A stretch of 64,000 bases of DNA from an uncultured Acidobacteriota bacterium (lineage in GTDB: Bacteria; Acidobacteriota; Terriglobia; 20CM-2-55-15). Numbering within the stretch: position 1 is the first letter of the stretch; the number at the start of each line of letters is the position of its first letter. Positions 62,845 to 64,000 of this stretch are shown here, piece by piece. The stretch lies in the NCBI GenBank assembly GCA_963738025.1, contig CAVTWA010000020.1, positions 128,520-192,519 on the forward strand. The letters are read 5' to 3'. A program made the translations under genes and the position numbers. The notes beneath the pieces are model-generated. The model did no database searches and was not told where the DNA came from. It saw nothing but the letters and a program-made list of their open reading frames with translations.

Positions 62845-63906
62845 ATGCGGCGAGTACTATTGTTCCTGAGCACCGTCGCCATCGGCCTTGGCGTGGCGGC
62901 ATTCCAATCGCAGCAGAAACCGGCGGGAACCGGTCACAATGGAAAGGCTTATCGCTTCAATAAAGTAAGAGAAGGCGTCTATCACGTCATCGGAACCGGC
63001 GCGCTGACGGTGGTGGGTAATTCGTCCGTCATCGTCAACGACGACGATGTGATTCTCGTAGATGACCACGTATCGCCCGCCGCGGCATGGGTGTTGCTCG
63101 ACGAATTGAAAGACATCACCACCAAGCCCGTTCGATATGTCATCAATACCCATTTTCACTACGACCACGCGCACGGCAACCAAGTTTTCGCAAAAGATGT
63201 CAACATCATTGGCCACGAATTCACTCGGGAAATGCTGCTGGGAGGAAAGTCGAAAGAGATGCCTCTCTATCAGAATTACGTCAACGGCCTTCCAGCACAG
63301 ATCGAGAACTTGAAGAAGGCCGTAGCGGCGGAATCCGACGTGGGGAAAAAAGCCGCTGCACAAACGCGCCTCGACATCGCGCAGAATAATGCGGCTTCGC
63401 AGGCCGAACTCAAGCCCACGCCGCCGAATGTGACGCTGCGCACGGAAATGACGTTGCATCGCTCGTTTCAGGGCAGCGATCGCGAAATTCAGATCCGCTT
63501 TATCGGACGCGCACACACGGGTGGCGATGTCATTGTGTACTTGCCCAGGGAAAAAGTCGTCATGACCGGCGACATGCTTGTTGGAGCAGGCATTTCGAAT
63601 ATGAGCGACGCTTACGTCAACGAGTGGGTGTCGACGCTCGACAATCTGAAGAAGATCGATTTCGAAACCGTGCTTCCCGGCCACGGCGAAGCGTTCACAG
63701 ACAAAGCGAAGATTGAGTACTGGCAGGCGTACCTGCGGGACGTTTGGACCGAGGTCGGCAAGTTAAAACAGCAAGGCGTGTCTGCCGAAGATGCAGCGAA
63801 ACGAGCGGATTTGACGAAGCATAAAGACCATTTTCCAACGATCAATGGTCCGGGACTCCCGCTGATCGCCGTCAATCGGATCTACCAGTTGCTCGACCAG
63901 AAATAG
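62845..63906 (+). CDS. Metallo-beta-lactamase-fold hydrolase, secreted
   Basis: Start MRRVLLFLSTVAIGLGVAAF after GGGAGGGA. HxHxDH motif HFHYDHAHGN. The track ORF begins at 62803. Confidence 0.88.
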   Translation: MRRVLLFLSTVAIGLGVAAFQSQQKPAGTGHNGKAYRFNKVREGVYHVIGTGALTVVGNSSVIVNDDDVILVDDHVSPAAAWVLLDELKDITTKPVRYVINTHFHYDHAHGNQVFAKDVNIIGHEFTREMLLGGKSKEMPLYQNYVNGLPAQIENLKKAVAAESDVGKKAAAQTRLDIAQNNAASQAELKPTPPNVTLRTEMTLHRSFQGSDREIQIRFIGRAHTGGDVIVYLPREKVVMTGDMLVGAGISNMSDAYVNEWVSTLDNLKKIDFETVLPGHGEAFTDKAKIEYWQAYLRDVWTEVGKLKQQGVSAEDAAKRADLTKHKDHFPTINGPGLPLIAVNRIYQLLDQK

Positions 63907-64000
63907 CGTTCCCAACGTTCCAACTGGCTGGAAGGCATTTCGGTAAAAAGAGGTCATCGACGGATCGACGATCGACAAACTGCAACAACACGTTTTTCCC

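Overview
GC-rich bacterial chromosomal segment. It is probably from an Acidobacteriota-type genome; this is inference only, from TolB-like C-termini of the form '...YDV.DGQRF...NWTAGL.KK', Pro/Gln-rich secreted proteins and dense palindromic intergenic repeats, and cannot be verified here.

Most of the window is ordinary housekeeping. In order:
- dnaK-dnaJ
- tRNA-Ser, SRP RNA, then dnaX-ybaB-recR
- MFS transporter, aldehyde dehydrogenase, lipA, lpdA
- RNase E/G
- mreB-mreC-mreD-mrdA-rodA
- PpiD-like foldase
- mdh and monomeric icd
- speA
- MFS transporter and tannase-family esterase
- a tightly coupled operon: STN-like protein, smpB, pepA, Fic-like, ThiF-like, FecR-like
- sugar phosphotransferase head-to-head with a secretin and two GspG-like pseudopilins
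- phoH-ybeY-corC-era
- rpsT
- lptE-holA
- recX-alaS
- lytic transglycosylase and amidase

From tRNA-Thr (56.6 kb) to about 62.7 kb the character changes to an accessory, decayed region. It holds an FN3 protein, gene fragments and unknown genes.

The most unusual object in that region is a perfectly phased 480-bp array of 24 copies of a 20-bp unit (57941-58420).

Two window-wide phenomena stand out:
1. At least 12 reading-frame disruptions sit in otherwise well-conserved, partly essential genes: alaS x5, MetE-like x2, and one each in mreB, mreC, RNase E/G, the PpiD-like gene (which also carries an in-frame TGA) and the sugar transferase. These need read-level verification.
2. At least five families of palindromic REP/MITE-like intergenic repeats are present, including a nested insertion.

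I saw no rRNA, CRISPR, transposase, integrase or recognisable defence system.
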